Origin: Antedon mediterranea
Lineage: Eukaryota; Animalia; Echinodermata
DNA length: 64,000 nucleotides
NCBI RefSeq assembly: GCF_964355755.1
Contig: NC_092674.1
Span: forward strand, 25,730,001-25,794,000
Direction: 5' to 3'
The notes under the pieces were generated by a model. It was given only the letters and a program-made list of their open reading frames with translations. It was not told the origin of the DNA and did no database searches. Within the stretch, counting starts at the first letter, position 1; each line of letters begins with the position of its first letter. Shown one piece after another: positions 14,401 through 26,400 of the stretch. Both the position numbers and the translations under genes were made by a program.

Positions 14401-17400
14401 AATGAAAACACCTCTCTATTAATAGGACACCCCTCTATTAAGGGGACACTCCTCTATCATGAGGACACCCCTTTATTAATGGGACATCCTTCTATCAAGA
14501 AGACACCCCTCTATTAAGGGGACACTCCTCTATCATGAGGACACCCCTTTATTAATGGGACATCCTTCTATCAAGGAGACACTTTTCTATCATGAGGACA
14601 CCCCTCTATGGGGACAACCTCTATTAAAAGGGACATCCCTCTATTATTAATCGGACACTTCTCTATCATAAGGACACCCCTCTATTAAGGGGACACTCCT
14701 TAATTAATGAAAACACCTCTCTATTAATGGGACATCCCTCTATCAAGGGGACATTTATCTATCATGAGGATACTCCTTCTATTATGGGGACACCCTCTAT
14801 TAAAAGGGACATCCTTCTATCAAGGGGACACTTCTCTATCATGAGGACACGCCTCAATTAATGAAAACACCTCTCTATTATGGGACATCACTCTATCAAG
14901 GGGACATTTCTCTATCATGAGGACACCCCTCTATTAAGGGGACACTCCTCAATTAATGAAAACACCTCTCTATTAATGGGACATCCCTCTATCAAGGGGA
15001 CATTTCTCTATCACAAGGACACCCCTCTGTTAAGGGGACACTATTATTGGGACATCCCTCTATTAAGCAGGCACCCCTATATTTTAATGGGACACTTCTC
15101 TATTAAGGAAAAACTTTACTATACAATGCAGCAAACAATATGAAAGCCCGCTCCATTAATTATTTTGTAACGTAAAATTATAATCTATTTCAGAAATGTA
15201 TTTATTTTTTTATTTATAACAATTTGGAGAAGCCAGATAGTCACATAACCGTTAAGGCTAGTGGCTAATTAAGCGGCCTCTAAACTACAGTATCTTGAAT
15301 TAATACAGAAAAACAGTGGGGCTACTGTAGATGATGGTTTGAATGTTAACAGACACACAAGGCAAAAACAACAAGCACTTAAAATCATATCAGAATTAAT
15401 TGCATTCATGTACAGTATACCTACCAGATTTGTGAACTTTGACACTCCGTTTTAGCAGCTGCGATGACGATGGTATCAACCCACTCAATGGATCTTCATC
15501 AAAGATACTGTCACTTATAACCAGCATCTTCTTCTTCATACAATCTCTGAAAAAAAGAAACAGTTAAAAAAAGCTTGTCAAAATTTCTTTCCATTTTTGT
15601 ACTTTTTGTAGTTAAAAATATATTGTCCTGCAAAAACCTGAAAAATAAAGATTAATAAAATCAGACTTTGAATAGGATATTTTGCAGTTTAATATTAAAG
15701 TTATAACAAACTATTATTTCACTTCTAAAAGGCAAAAGAAACAGTTAATTTTAATTTAGGTATATTTTGCTTACAATTTTTTTTTTCGACCTCGTTTTTG
15801 GTCAAAGTCAATTAATATTATGTGACATTAAAAAAATGGCATATTTAAAAAAAAAATTTTAAAAAGTACTTTTTTAGGAGGACAATACATCTTTAAATAT
15901 TTGCAGATTAGATTGTTTAATTCATTTGCTTTAGACTCTGTGCCCAAATATGGTAGTGATATGCATAAATATGGTAGTGATATGACATCATCATGTCCAT
16001 ATATGGGCAAATCACTTTTTTTTGTCACATAAAGTTTGATAGTGTAGACAAGGCTTTAGACTCTTCTGTTGAATGCCAATCGAAATGAAAATATGCATTG
16101 AAAATAAAACATTATACTACATTGTTGAAATCTTTCTCATTTTTATTACATTTGTAGATGGTTTGTCTGAGAATTAAAACAGAACATGAATACATCCCCA
16201 GTTACTACTACTGTATGTTATGACGTACGTAAAACTGGTGGCGCTTCACCACTCAGATTTAAAGATATGTGGAGTTAAATCAACATTTTATCCGCTCCTA
16301 CACTAATATTAATTATTATAATAACAATAACAATATCATATTAACAATAATTACAATAATTAAAAATAATAACTACTACAGTAGTAGTAGTAATGACTAT
16401 AATTTTTATGTTTAAATTTTAAATGTAAATATGTATAATTATGTTTGTATGATGTAGTAATAGTATGTTTAAGCGGATATTAGCCCTTGATGGCATTTGC
16501 AGCAATAAAGAAATTGAATTGAATTGAACTATTATTTATAGTTTGTTATTCACTTTAGAAACTAGTACTGTACTGTAAATTATTATAATGAATTTCTAAT
16601 GTCATTAGAGCTACTTTAAAAATTCATGGTTATATTGAAATTTTCTAAATTTAAAATTTGGAAATTTTGCAGTACGGCATTTTAAACCGGACGCTCAAAT
16701 TGGACGAATAAATGTTTAATTAATTAATATCATGATAAAACAAGTCTATTGCATATGTTATTACCATAGTTACGACAACAATCAGAAATGATATTACTGA
16801 AAATAATTGCGCACTTTGGTTTTAAAACGCATGTTTGTGATAATGCATCCACCCAGTGGTAATGGATACTAATAACCTTCTATCTAATGTAAATGCTAAT
16901 TGCCACTAAAAGTAGCTTTTGTAGTTGCTAAGAAAGTCTTCTTCATAATCATCATAGTTTTAATGAAAATGTTATTCTTGATTCTCTTCTTCACTCAGTC
17001 TTGTTGTAAAAAGCTTATTTGTATAATTGGTTGGAAAATTCTACATGTTATTGTTAAAAGTATGTACAGTACCATACATTTTATGTATATTTTAAAGAAT
17101 ATTTTCTAAAAGGCTCTGAAACCTTACAATTAGATTGGAATGACACTTTAAACATGTTTAGATCCAGTCGAGGCATGACCTGTTTATACAGTAGTTTCTA
17201 TCTTAAAATCCTGATGTTTTTTTGGGGGAGTCGGAGTGGGGGGAGGGGGGATAGATATATTAAATGTGTAGTAGCAGTAAGGTAGTTTTAATATACAGCT
17301 TTTGCTATGCTACTAATTGCTACACTGGCAAAATTATTCCCTGCGTTAAGCTCTGTCTACACTATCAAACTACAGTTTGACAAAAAAAAGTCTGATGTGC

Positions 17401-20400
17401 CCAAATATGGTAGTTGATATGCCCAAATATAGTAATGATATGACATCATCATGTCCATGGGCACATCACATTTTTTTGTCACATCAAGTTTGATAGTGTA
17501 GACAGAGCTTTACAACACTGGCAATGGTACAAGTCAGGATTGAACCCTGTACCTTGGGGTTGGAAGGCAAGCAGGCCTGCATCATCTTATATGCATGTCT
17601 ACTGCACAGCACATAATATTGAATAAACTGCATGTCGACATTTGATAGGTACTCCATTGATGCTCTGTTGATAAATTAATGTGGAGCCACAGTTAACAAC
17701 AAAGAAAAATTGATCAAAAACCTCTTTTTGTAAGCTGTCATTGTCAATTATTTTCAATTTAAACGTACTGTACTACAGTAGACAATTAAGTCTGCAGAGT
17801 ATGATATTATTACAGTATTTGTATATTATATTAAGTTTCTAAAGCTCTGTTTACACTATCAAACTTGATGTGACAAAAAAATGTGATGTGCCCATAAATG
17901 GACATGATGATGATGTCATATCATTACCATATTTAAGCATATCACTACCATATTTGGGCACATCACACTTTTTTTGATAGTGTAGACAGAGCTTTATGGT
18001 TAAGTTTTATGGAAGGAGACATTGCTAGCTAGCATTTGACAAGGCAATCTGTCAAGCTCATAGCATTATGTTAAGTAAATAATCATGCTAATGCAATGTC
18101 TTACACATGCCAGAACATAAATTACAACGTAAACGTGTAAATCTCAAATTTGGTTCTTCTTTACTGAAATAATGATTGGATTTCTTGTATTAATATGACA
18201 ATTTCTTCAAAAATTAAATAGATAGTAAATATAGAAATAAAATTGAAAATCTCAAAAAGAACGCTCATTTAGACTAGCTTGTTGCTTGCTTGAAAATAAT
18301 TTGTCAAGAAAAAATATTATTAAACATTTTTTTTTATAGTTTTCCTGTGCTGCATTCGCAATTTTATCAGTCGTTTTTTTCTATATTCCGAAATCAGTAA
18401 ATTCATATACACTACTTTATGTAATTTGATATTAGTAAATTGATTTTTTTTTAAATGGTACCATTTACTACAAAAATAAATACCAATGGTTTGTTCAATC
18501 AATAGTATTGTAATTTTGATAATTTAATATATTTATTTATCATTATTGTAAATTAGAAGGCCTAATCAGTCCAAAGAGTGAATGAAAAAGTTGATTAAAT
18601 TAAACATTTGTATAAAAGGAGATTTATAGCATTTGTGGCCAGTGGCGTAACGCAAAGGCCTGAGGCCGTGGTTTAGGAACTCGGTGGCCCTCTAACGCTG
18701 GAGGCCTCGGGCGTTTTACATTTTTTGACATATTTTAATGCCTGTTTTTTTTCCTCTTGGCACTGCTCAGGGAGCCCCATAAGCTCCGGGGCACCACCGG
18801 GGTTTATCCAGTGCCCACTCATAGCCATTATGCCACTGTTTATGGCTGCCACATTACCCCCTTTCCCTCAAAACCATCTCTCTCTCACACTAAAGTGTGA
18901 TACCATTCATTTAACAGGAACTAACTGTCAATACTATTTCACAGTTAATTAATTGATCTGTCCAATCAGTAATCAACTCACTGTACTATTCCACTGCTTG
19001 GTAGGTAATGTTGGACACCTCCTAATCCATCAAGGCTCATTAGTTGACTGGTGCTTGTGTCAATTATATACACTAACGATTCACTCTGAAAACAACCAAA
19101 TATATATTTATATCATTAAAAACCTTTTACACTTAAAATAATACTGCAGATTAGAATTTATTGTTAATTATTAAAAAATCTACATACTTTTTTATTTAAA
19201 TACTTTCTTGGAAATGTATTTTATATTATAGTAAAAAAAACATTCAACATAATTACAACAAAAATTTGCAGCTAATGAAAAAAACAAATATACTCAGCTG
19301 TTTATGTTTACACTATCAAACTAGTTTGACAAACAATGTGATGTGCCCAAATAAGGTAGTGATATGTCATCATTATGTCCTTATGTGCACATCACATTTT
19401 TTTGTCACATAAACTTTATTAGTGTAGAGAGCTTAACATACTGTGATTAAATAACGTTATCACAATTAATTATTCGTTATGTAGTGTAATGTACACAATT
19501 CCAAAGATCAACCAAGGGTCTATAGTACAATACTTTCACTGTAAAACAATATTCACTTGTATACTGTACGTTAAAACACAAGTGATTACAATACATACAG
19601 TAATTGATATGTAAGATTATAATCCTGTTTAGTACGTTACTGTAAAAACAATACAACATAAAATGTACTGTACATGCTCAGAGGAATTATAGTATGTTTT
19701 AATATCTTAAAGTGGTTCAGTTGATATGATTACTGTATTGTAGTCTTATAGCATTCAAGTTGTGGGGCCAAGTCCTATAGTACTCATTTTAAAGACTGCA
19801 TGCTATGATTGCTAGGGCAGTTTTCAAGTTTCCAGCCATTAATTGGCCTTAATGGAAGACTCCCTGATCTTAATATTTGTTTTATTTGTTTTTTGGGTCA
19901 AATAAATAGTTCTTGATTTTGTATTCAAAGTACTGTAAGCCTTAAAAATAACACAGGATCTCATAACAATATTTCTGTACCTATCCATAAAACCAACTCA
20001 TTCCAACACAATATTAGATACAGTACTCCAGACCCACACTATGGAATAATCTGCTATACCTCCTTCCATTTGAAAATCTGCCTCCCAAAATGTATTTCAA
20101 AAAATAAAAAATCATTATCTTCTCTTAATATTAGCCTGTCATGTCTTGACCAGTACCTACAGTACAGTATCTTTTCCATACTTCCTCCTTTTTTAAAACT
20201 TATTTTTCCATTCTATCAATTTTGTCTACTCTGTCTATTACAACTGTATGCACGGATATAATCAGGCAGAGGTAACAGGGAACTCCTGCCTCCAAAGTCT
20301 ACCATCAATAAACTATCTGCAGTACAGTACTTAAGTTAAAGTATATTTTAAGGCCTTCTTCCACCTAGCCTAATCTACTGCAACAACAACCCCCATAACC

Positions 20401-23400
20401 TCTGGGCTGGGTACTAGTGATACAGTAGTAACAATAGAGAGGTTTCGCAATCTTACGAATACGATAACGAAAACGGATATGTCACGCACACGTATTCATT
20501 TTCGTAAGCCATAAAAAAATCTGTTTCGCATGGCAACAAAATATTGAGGCGCGTCCAAAATATGACTGCGGTAAATTTGAGCGAAGCGCAGGTACGTGTT
20601 GCTTGGTGCTTGGCTGCCTACTGTAGGCCTAGCGTAACATCAAAGCGAGTGAGGACTTTAAAAACTGCTATTTATCAAAATTGACTAGTAAATTACTTTC
20701 AATAAATCTATAATTATATTATAATCATGAATCATTCCTGATTCAAATGCAAAATGTGCAAAATAGATCAAAAACTCGTTTTGTAGTTACGAATATGACT
20801 GGTGATATTCGTCAACACGAATACGCTTTACGAATATGAAATGGGGATCAGCTCAAAAGTTTCACAAATGTATGACGTATCCGTTTTCGTTATCGTATTT
20901 GTAAGGTTGCGAAACCTCCCTATTTGCATTTTATTCCAACAAGCAATACTTAGGCCCTATTTCTGCTCCATATCATCGATGGAAAGAGTACAAATACTAG
21001 TGTCACAAAGAAAGATAACGTGTCAAATACAAATCTGAGATTTAAATCAGGAGTTCAGGACATAATAAACTGCATAAAATCAAAGAAATGGAGGTGGGCA
21101 GTACATCTGGCAAGGAGATATGACAACAGATGGACAGTCAGACTAACACAGATTGGACTCCAAGAACCTGCAACAGAGACAGAGGGAGACAAAAGATAAG
21201 ATGGAGGGATGAACTAACAACATATGGTGGCATTGCATGTGGCAACGAGTAGCTAGAGACAGAAGTGAATGGTCAATTGGTGAAGAGGCCTTCGCCCTGC
21301 AGTGGAAAAAAGAAATTCTGTAGGTTAAGAAGAAGAAGATCATCAATGTATGGTACTGCATGATGATATGCTCAACTGGATGACTTGCTTGACAGGATTT
21401 TAGGGATCCGGCCATACCTATCCATCCCTCAATCCATACTTCCAACAAAATGTATTTTGGGTATTATGAAAGTCAACTTTTTTTTAACAGTCCTCCCACA
21501 AGGTAGTTTCAGCAAAAACGGGTCATCAAATTACAGTATATTATTCCTGTTATATTTTAATAACTTGATAAGTTAATCTTTTAACAAATAACAGTTTGTA
21601 TAGTTTATAATATGTACATCATAGAATTTGATAGAATCATTGATTACTAAAATTAAAAAGCATGTCAATTGTTATTCACTGTTTCCCTACCAGCTACTAA
21701 CTAAGAATTTGATGTTTACCTCGCGTTTGTAAATTCACTGTTCCCTACTGTATGATGTTATAGTATATAATACATCATAACATTTGATAGAATCATTGAT
21801 TTTACTAAAATTAAAAAGCATGTCAATTGTCAATTCACTGTTTCCCAACCATGTTTATCTCAGGTTTGTAATAAATTCATATTTGAGCACTTCACTCAGA
21901 ATAGAGTGCAAACTAAACACAAGCGTATTTACAAACTGCAATGCTAATATTAACTAACCCAGGCAATTATTCACCTTCCTAACCTAGGTGTATGTAATCC
22001 ACTCCATACTAATTGCCTTCTGTAGCTGGCCAATTATGGTGCAAGAACTGATGATATAAATAGACAAAAACAATTGAAACAGAGATTACTAACACAGTAA
22101 TTGATTAAAAAGGCACGCCATAGAATAGATGATTGTAATGGAAAAGGATGATTATTGAATTATCAATTCTTTTAGATACAGGCACATTTTGTTTACCTTT
22201 TTTTAGGAATATAGAAGAGATGAATGAATATTATCAGGGTAGGAACCCTTCCCAACTGCACCAACCTCTCTTTTACATTACAAACAAGGTCCTACAGTAT
22301 TTTAGACTTTAGATGTAATATTTCAATCTTCTACTAATCTATTTAGTTATAGTGTATAACTCACATTTGAATTTTTGCTAATGACATCTTTGATTTACTG
22401 TATCTAAGAGCAATTTTGTTTGAAATTAAATTTTGTTTGTTGGTTATCGCTATGCGCAAAAAATAAAGTCCTTCTTTCTACAGAACCCCAAATCTGGATC
22501 CTCTATTGAATTTCTTTGACAACAGACGATATTTAAACATATTACTGTAGGAAATGTTTTAAGCTCTCATGAATATTTAAAAATATTCATGAGAGCTTAA
22601 AATACAGCAGCACTTATTTGCAAGGCGACGCAAAATCGTGGTTTCAGTTTTCAACGATAGGTGGCGCTTCAAAATCGTTAATGCGGAAGTAAGTTGATTT
22701 TACACGATTTAACGGTCAAAACGCGAAGTGGCTTTCCCACTGTAAAGAGTTCTTATTTCAACCAATGTTATAACAGTATGTAAAGCACCGCTGATTGTGC
22801 AATCATTGCAATGTGCGCCATATTATAAATGTTAATTATTTTTGTCTGTGATACTGATAGGTCCACGAATAATAGACACGTTTCGCGCTCGCGACCAATC
22901 AGAAATAGTGGGTATAGATTTGTAAACAAACCGAACACCTCTCGCCTAGTGCGTGTTGAAGCATAGCGAAATGGCTACTGCCGAGTGCTTTTGTTGCAAG
23001 GTGCATCATAAATGTTGTATAAGTTGGATAAATCGTGAATTTAACTACACAAAATCACTGAATAATATTCCTGTTTTTAATTTTCAAACACTTGCTGAGT
23101 GGTTTGCGTCGGCTCCGAGAAGGATAGTGGCGCAAAATCTTGGAAATGTTTCAAGGAAAGGTACGTCCACGATGTGCTCGTGGCTCTCCGCCCGCCCGAT
23201 GGCGTTGCCTGATGCGGTACTTCGTCTACTAGGCCTAGGAGGCTTGGGTGTCTGTTTAAGTGCCGAAGAACACCACATAATACATGGAAGATGCAATAGG
23301 AGCATGAAGAAGAATGAACGATAATAATTAATATATTTACGCAACATTTGTAAATAAAATCAACAGTTAACATGTATTAAATGCACCGTGTCAAACCAAA

Positions 23401-26400
23401 AATGACAATACATAAATAAAGTCGATGATTCCGAACCAAATGCCCAAATAATTCTACAGTGAATATAAAACATAAGTTTAGAAAATAAATAACATCCTTA
23501 CCATGCCATTCCATCAAAAGGCTAGTTTTGACGATTGCTTTTTAAGATGATCATCTTTCAGTTCTCCCATGCTTTAACATACCTCTCGCTGTGTTTGTTT
23601 ACCATTGTATACCCACTAAAAGGTCAAACTGACGGTAACCTCGCGAGCGCGAAACGTGTCTATTCATTTTGTTTTTCATTTATTCACACAGGAGTAATTA
23701 AAACTTTGAATTCAATTAGTTTTCTGTGTCCTACTTACCACATCATCTAATAACATGTTGACAGCCTTGTGCAGAAAATGTCTCAAACTTGCAACATCAA
23801 CCACCGCTGCTAATTCCAACAGTGCCTCCTGAAACCAAAGCAATACTAAATGAGAATGTAAATATAATAAAGTAGGACATTTTAAAAGTAATTTTAATTT
23901 TTGTTGAATGAATTTACCTGAAGATTAAACCTTATAAATAACACCACATACATATGGGTAGTGGTTTGTTCATTTGTGTATTATGTAACAACTGGTTCTA
24001 TACTGTAGGGCTTTCCCAATATTAGAGGATCTTTTTATAATAGGGGGCTCCCCAGATATCAGGGGGCTCTCCCTATATTAGAGGGATCTTCCCATATTAG
24101 GGGGCTCTCCCCATATTAGGAGGCTTTTCTCATATTAGGGGCTCTTCTCATATTAGGGGCTCTCCCTACTGTATATTAGGGGCTCTCCCCATATTAGGGG
24201 GGGCTCTCCCTATATTAGGGGCTCTCCCCATATTAGGGGGCTCTTCCCATATTAGGGGATCTCCCCATATTAGAAGGATCTCACAATATTAAGGGGCTCT
24301 CACCATTAGTGGCTCTCCCAGTATAAGGGGCACTCCCCATATTAGGGGCTCTCTCCATATTATTAGGGAGCTCTCCTTATATAAGGGGGCTCTCCACATA
24401 TAAGGGGGTTCTCCACATATAAGGGAGCTAGCACAGTTTGGTGGTTTCTAGGTTCAAGCAATGAAAGATGACGCAGCAAGACCGATGAGAACAGGAACAG
24501 TGGACAATGGTCAGGGTGCTTTGCACTTGAGACATACCAACCATCCCATACTCAATTTTTCTTTGCTACTACTAGTAATTTTGTTCTTACTACTACAGTA
24601 TAGGTCATACAGTTAGACAAAAATAAACATATCAAAAAGATATACTGTGCCCTGTTGTAGTTAGTAATATTATCTAATTCAACAAATAACATGGAAACAA
24701 ATTTTGGAGAGAAAACTTAAGGAAAATACATTGCTGTATGTAACTCTGAGCCAGAGCTACCTCTTTAAATTGAAAAAAAAAATGGCATTAAACTGAAATT
24801 GTTTCATTAACAATCATAAAATGTTAAAAACAAAAGGCCGGTTATCCAGGTATACTTTAGATAGCTAAAAAGACAATTACACCATAAATATTAGTACAGA
24901 GAACATTTTCGCCAAGGTGTAGCATAGCAAAAATCTATACAAAACAACCTTATTGCTACACATTTCTAAAATTGTGTAGCAAAAAATACAATACAAAACT
25001 ATGTTTCTCGACTTAAAAATCAGTTTGATTAGCAATATTGCTAAACAAAATTTTTAAATGAAATTTTTCCCTGTAGTAACGTACAGTACTGTTTAATTGA
25101 TTATACAAAATACAATACTGTACCTTTTTTCTATAGTGCAAACAGACAGAGGAAACTACTTTTAAATTAAATACTAATATTAATAAAAATTATATATATT
25201 TATATGAAGAATAAAGAATAAAGTACTGTATGAGTTAACTTAATACTGTAGTTTATAGAGTATAGTTACGTGCTTACAAGTTACAATTAATCTTTAATGA
25301 TGTCTTTGAAATTGATTAGAAGTAACCAATTATGAGGTAATTTTGATATTAAAATAACACGTACCTGAAACCGCATTCTCGGTTTTACAAATTTAATGAA
25401 TTCTAAGCTCCAATTCTATAACACTACTTGTCCTTCTAAGTAATTACTTTAAGAACAAGCAAACTAGATGATTTTCAATTTATTTAGCCTCATATAATCA
25501 ATTTTCACTTCATTGAAGGTGATGCTTTTAAATACAGTAAAGACAACACGAGCAGCATCAAACATCACGTTTACAAACTCCAAATACGAACATTAGGCTT
25601 TTACGATGAAATGAAAGAATTAAGAGAATATATCGGTCGGTGTGACAAAAACGGTAAACACAGATGGCAGGAACCAATTAGACTGGTTGTGTTAGATGGC
25701 TAATGTGCATGTGGATGAAAGGTGTATTTGTGAGGATCAGAGAGAGAGATGAATATAAGCGTACTCATGTAAGAATTGTTATGATATTAACCATTGCAAA
25801 CATACTAATGTACGTTAATTATTTAATATTAGAAACTGCCCAGGTGTTATTTAACGAGTTGGCCAACTATAAAAAAAACCTCAAGGTTTTTCTATGATTG
25901 TTGTTGTTGAAGAATATTTATTTTAATAATTTGTAAAATACTAATTATTATAATATAATCATTTTTATTTAAAAATATTGATATATAAATTGCACCTCTA
26001 TGAGCAGATTTGTTATTCTTTCACTCAGATGAGTTTCAACTCTGGTATCTAGCATTTAATTATAGAATTCATTTAAATAAAAATATTAATGGGCACACAA
26101 TACATTAGCCAGTACTGTAGAGTTTATACCCTGCAACAGTATACAAAGAATACAGTGGCATAACAGCTATGAGCGCTCACTCGATATAAACCCAGGGCCC
26201 ACTTGAGTGCAAAAAGACATTAAATTAAAATATATTAAAAAAGGCTAAAAATGCCAGAGGCCTCCAGCGTTGGAGGGCCACCTAACGCATCTCCTTCCTT
26301 GTTTTAGTAGTGTCTTACAGTAAATATATTAACAATTTTTAAATATTTTTATGTAAAATGTACTATGAAATACATTCAAAATATTTTCCTATTGAGAACG

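Noticed and set aside
13985-15143. Repetitive ORFs MGHPSIKGTLLYHEDTPLL
   Set aside because: Translations of the 57-bp higher-order repeat. No splice or gene context, and neighbouring units shift frame.
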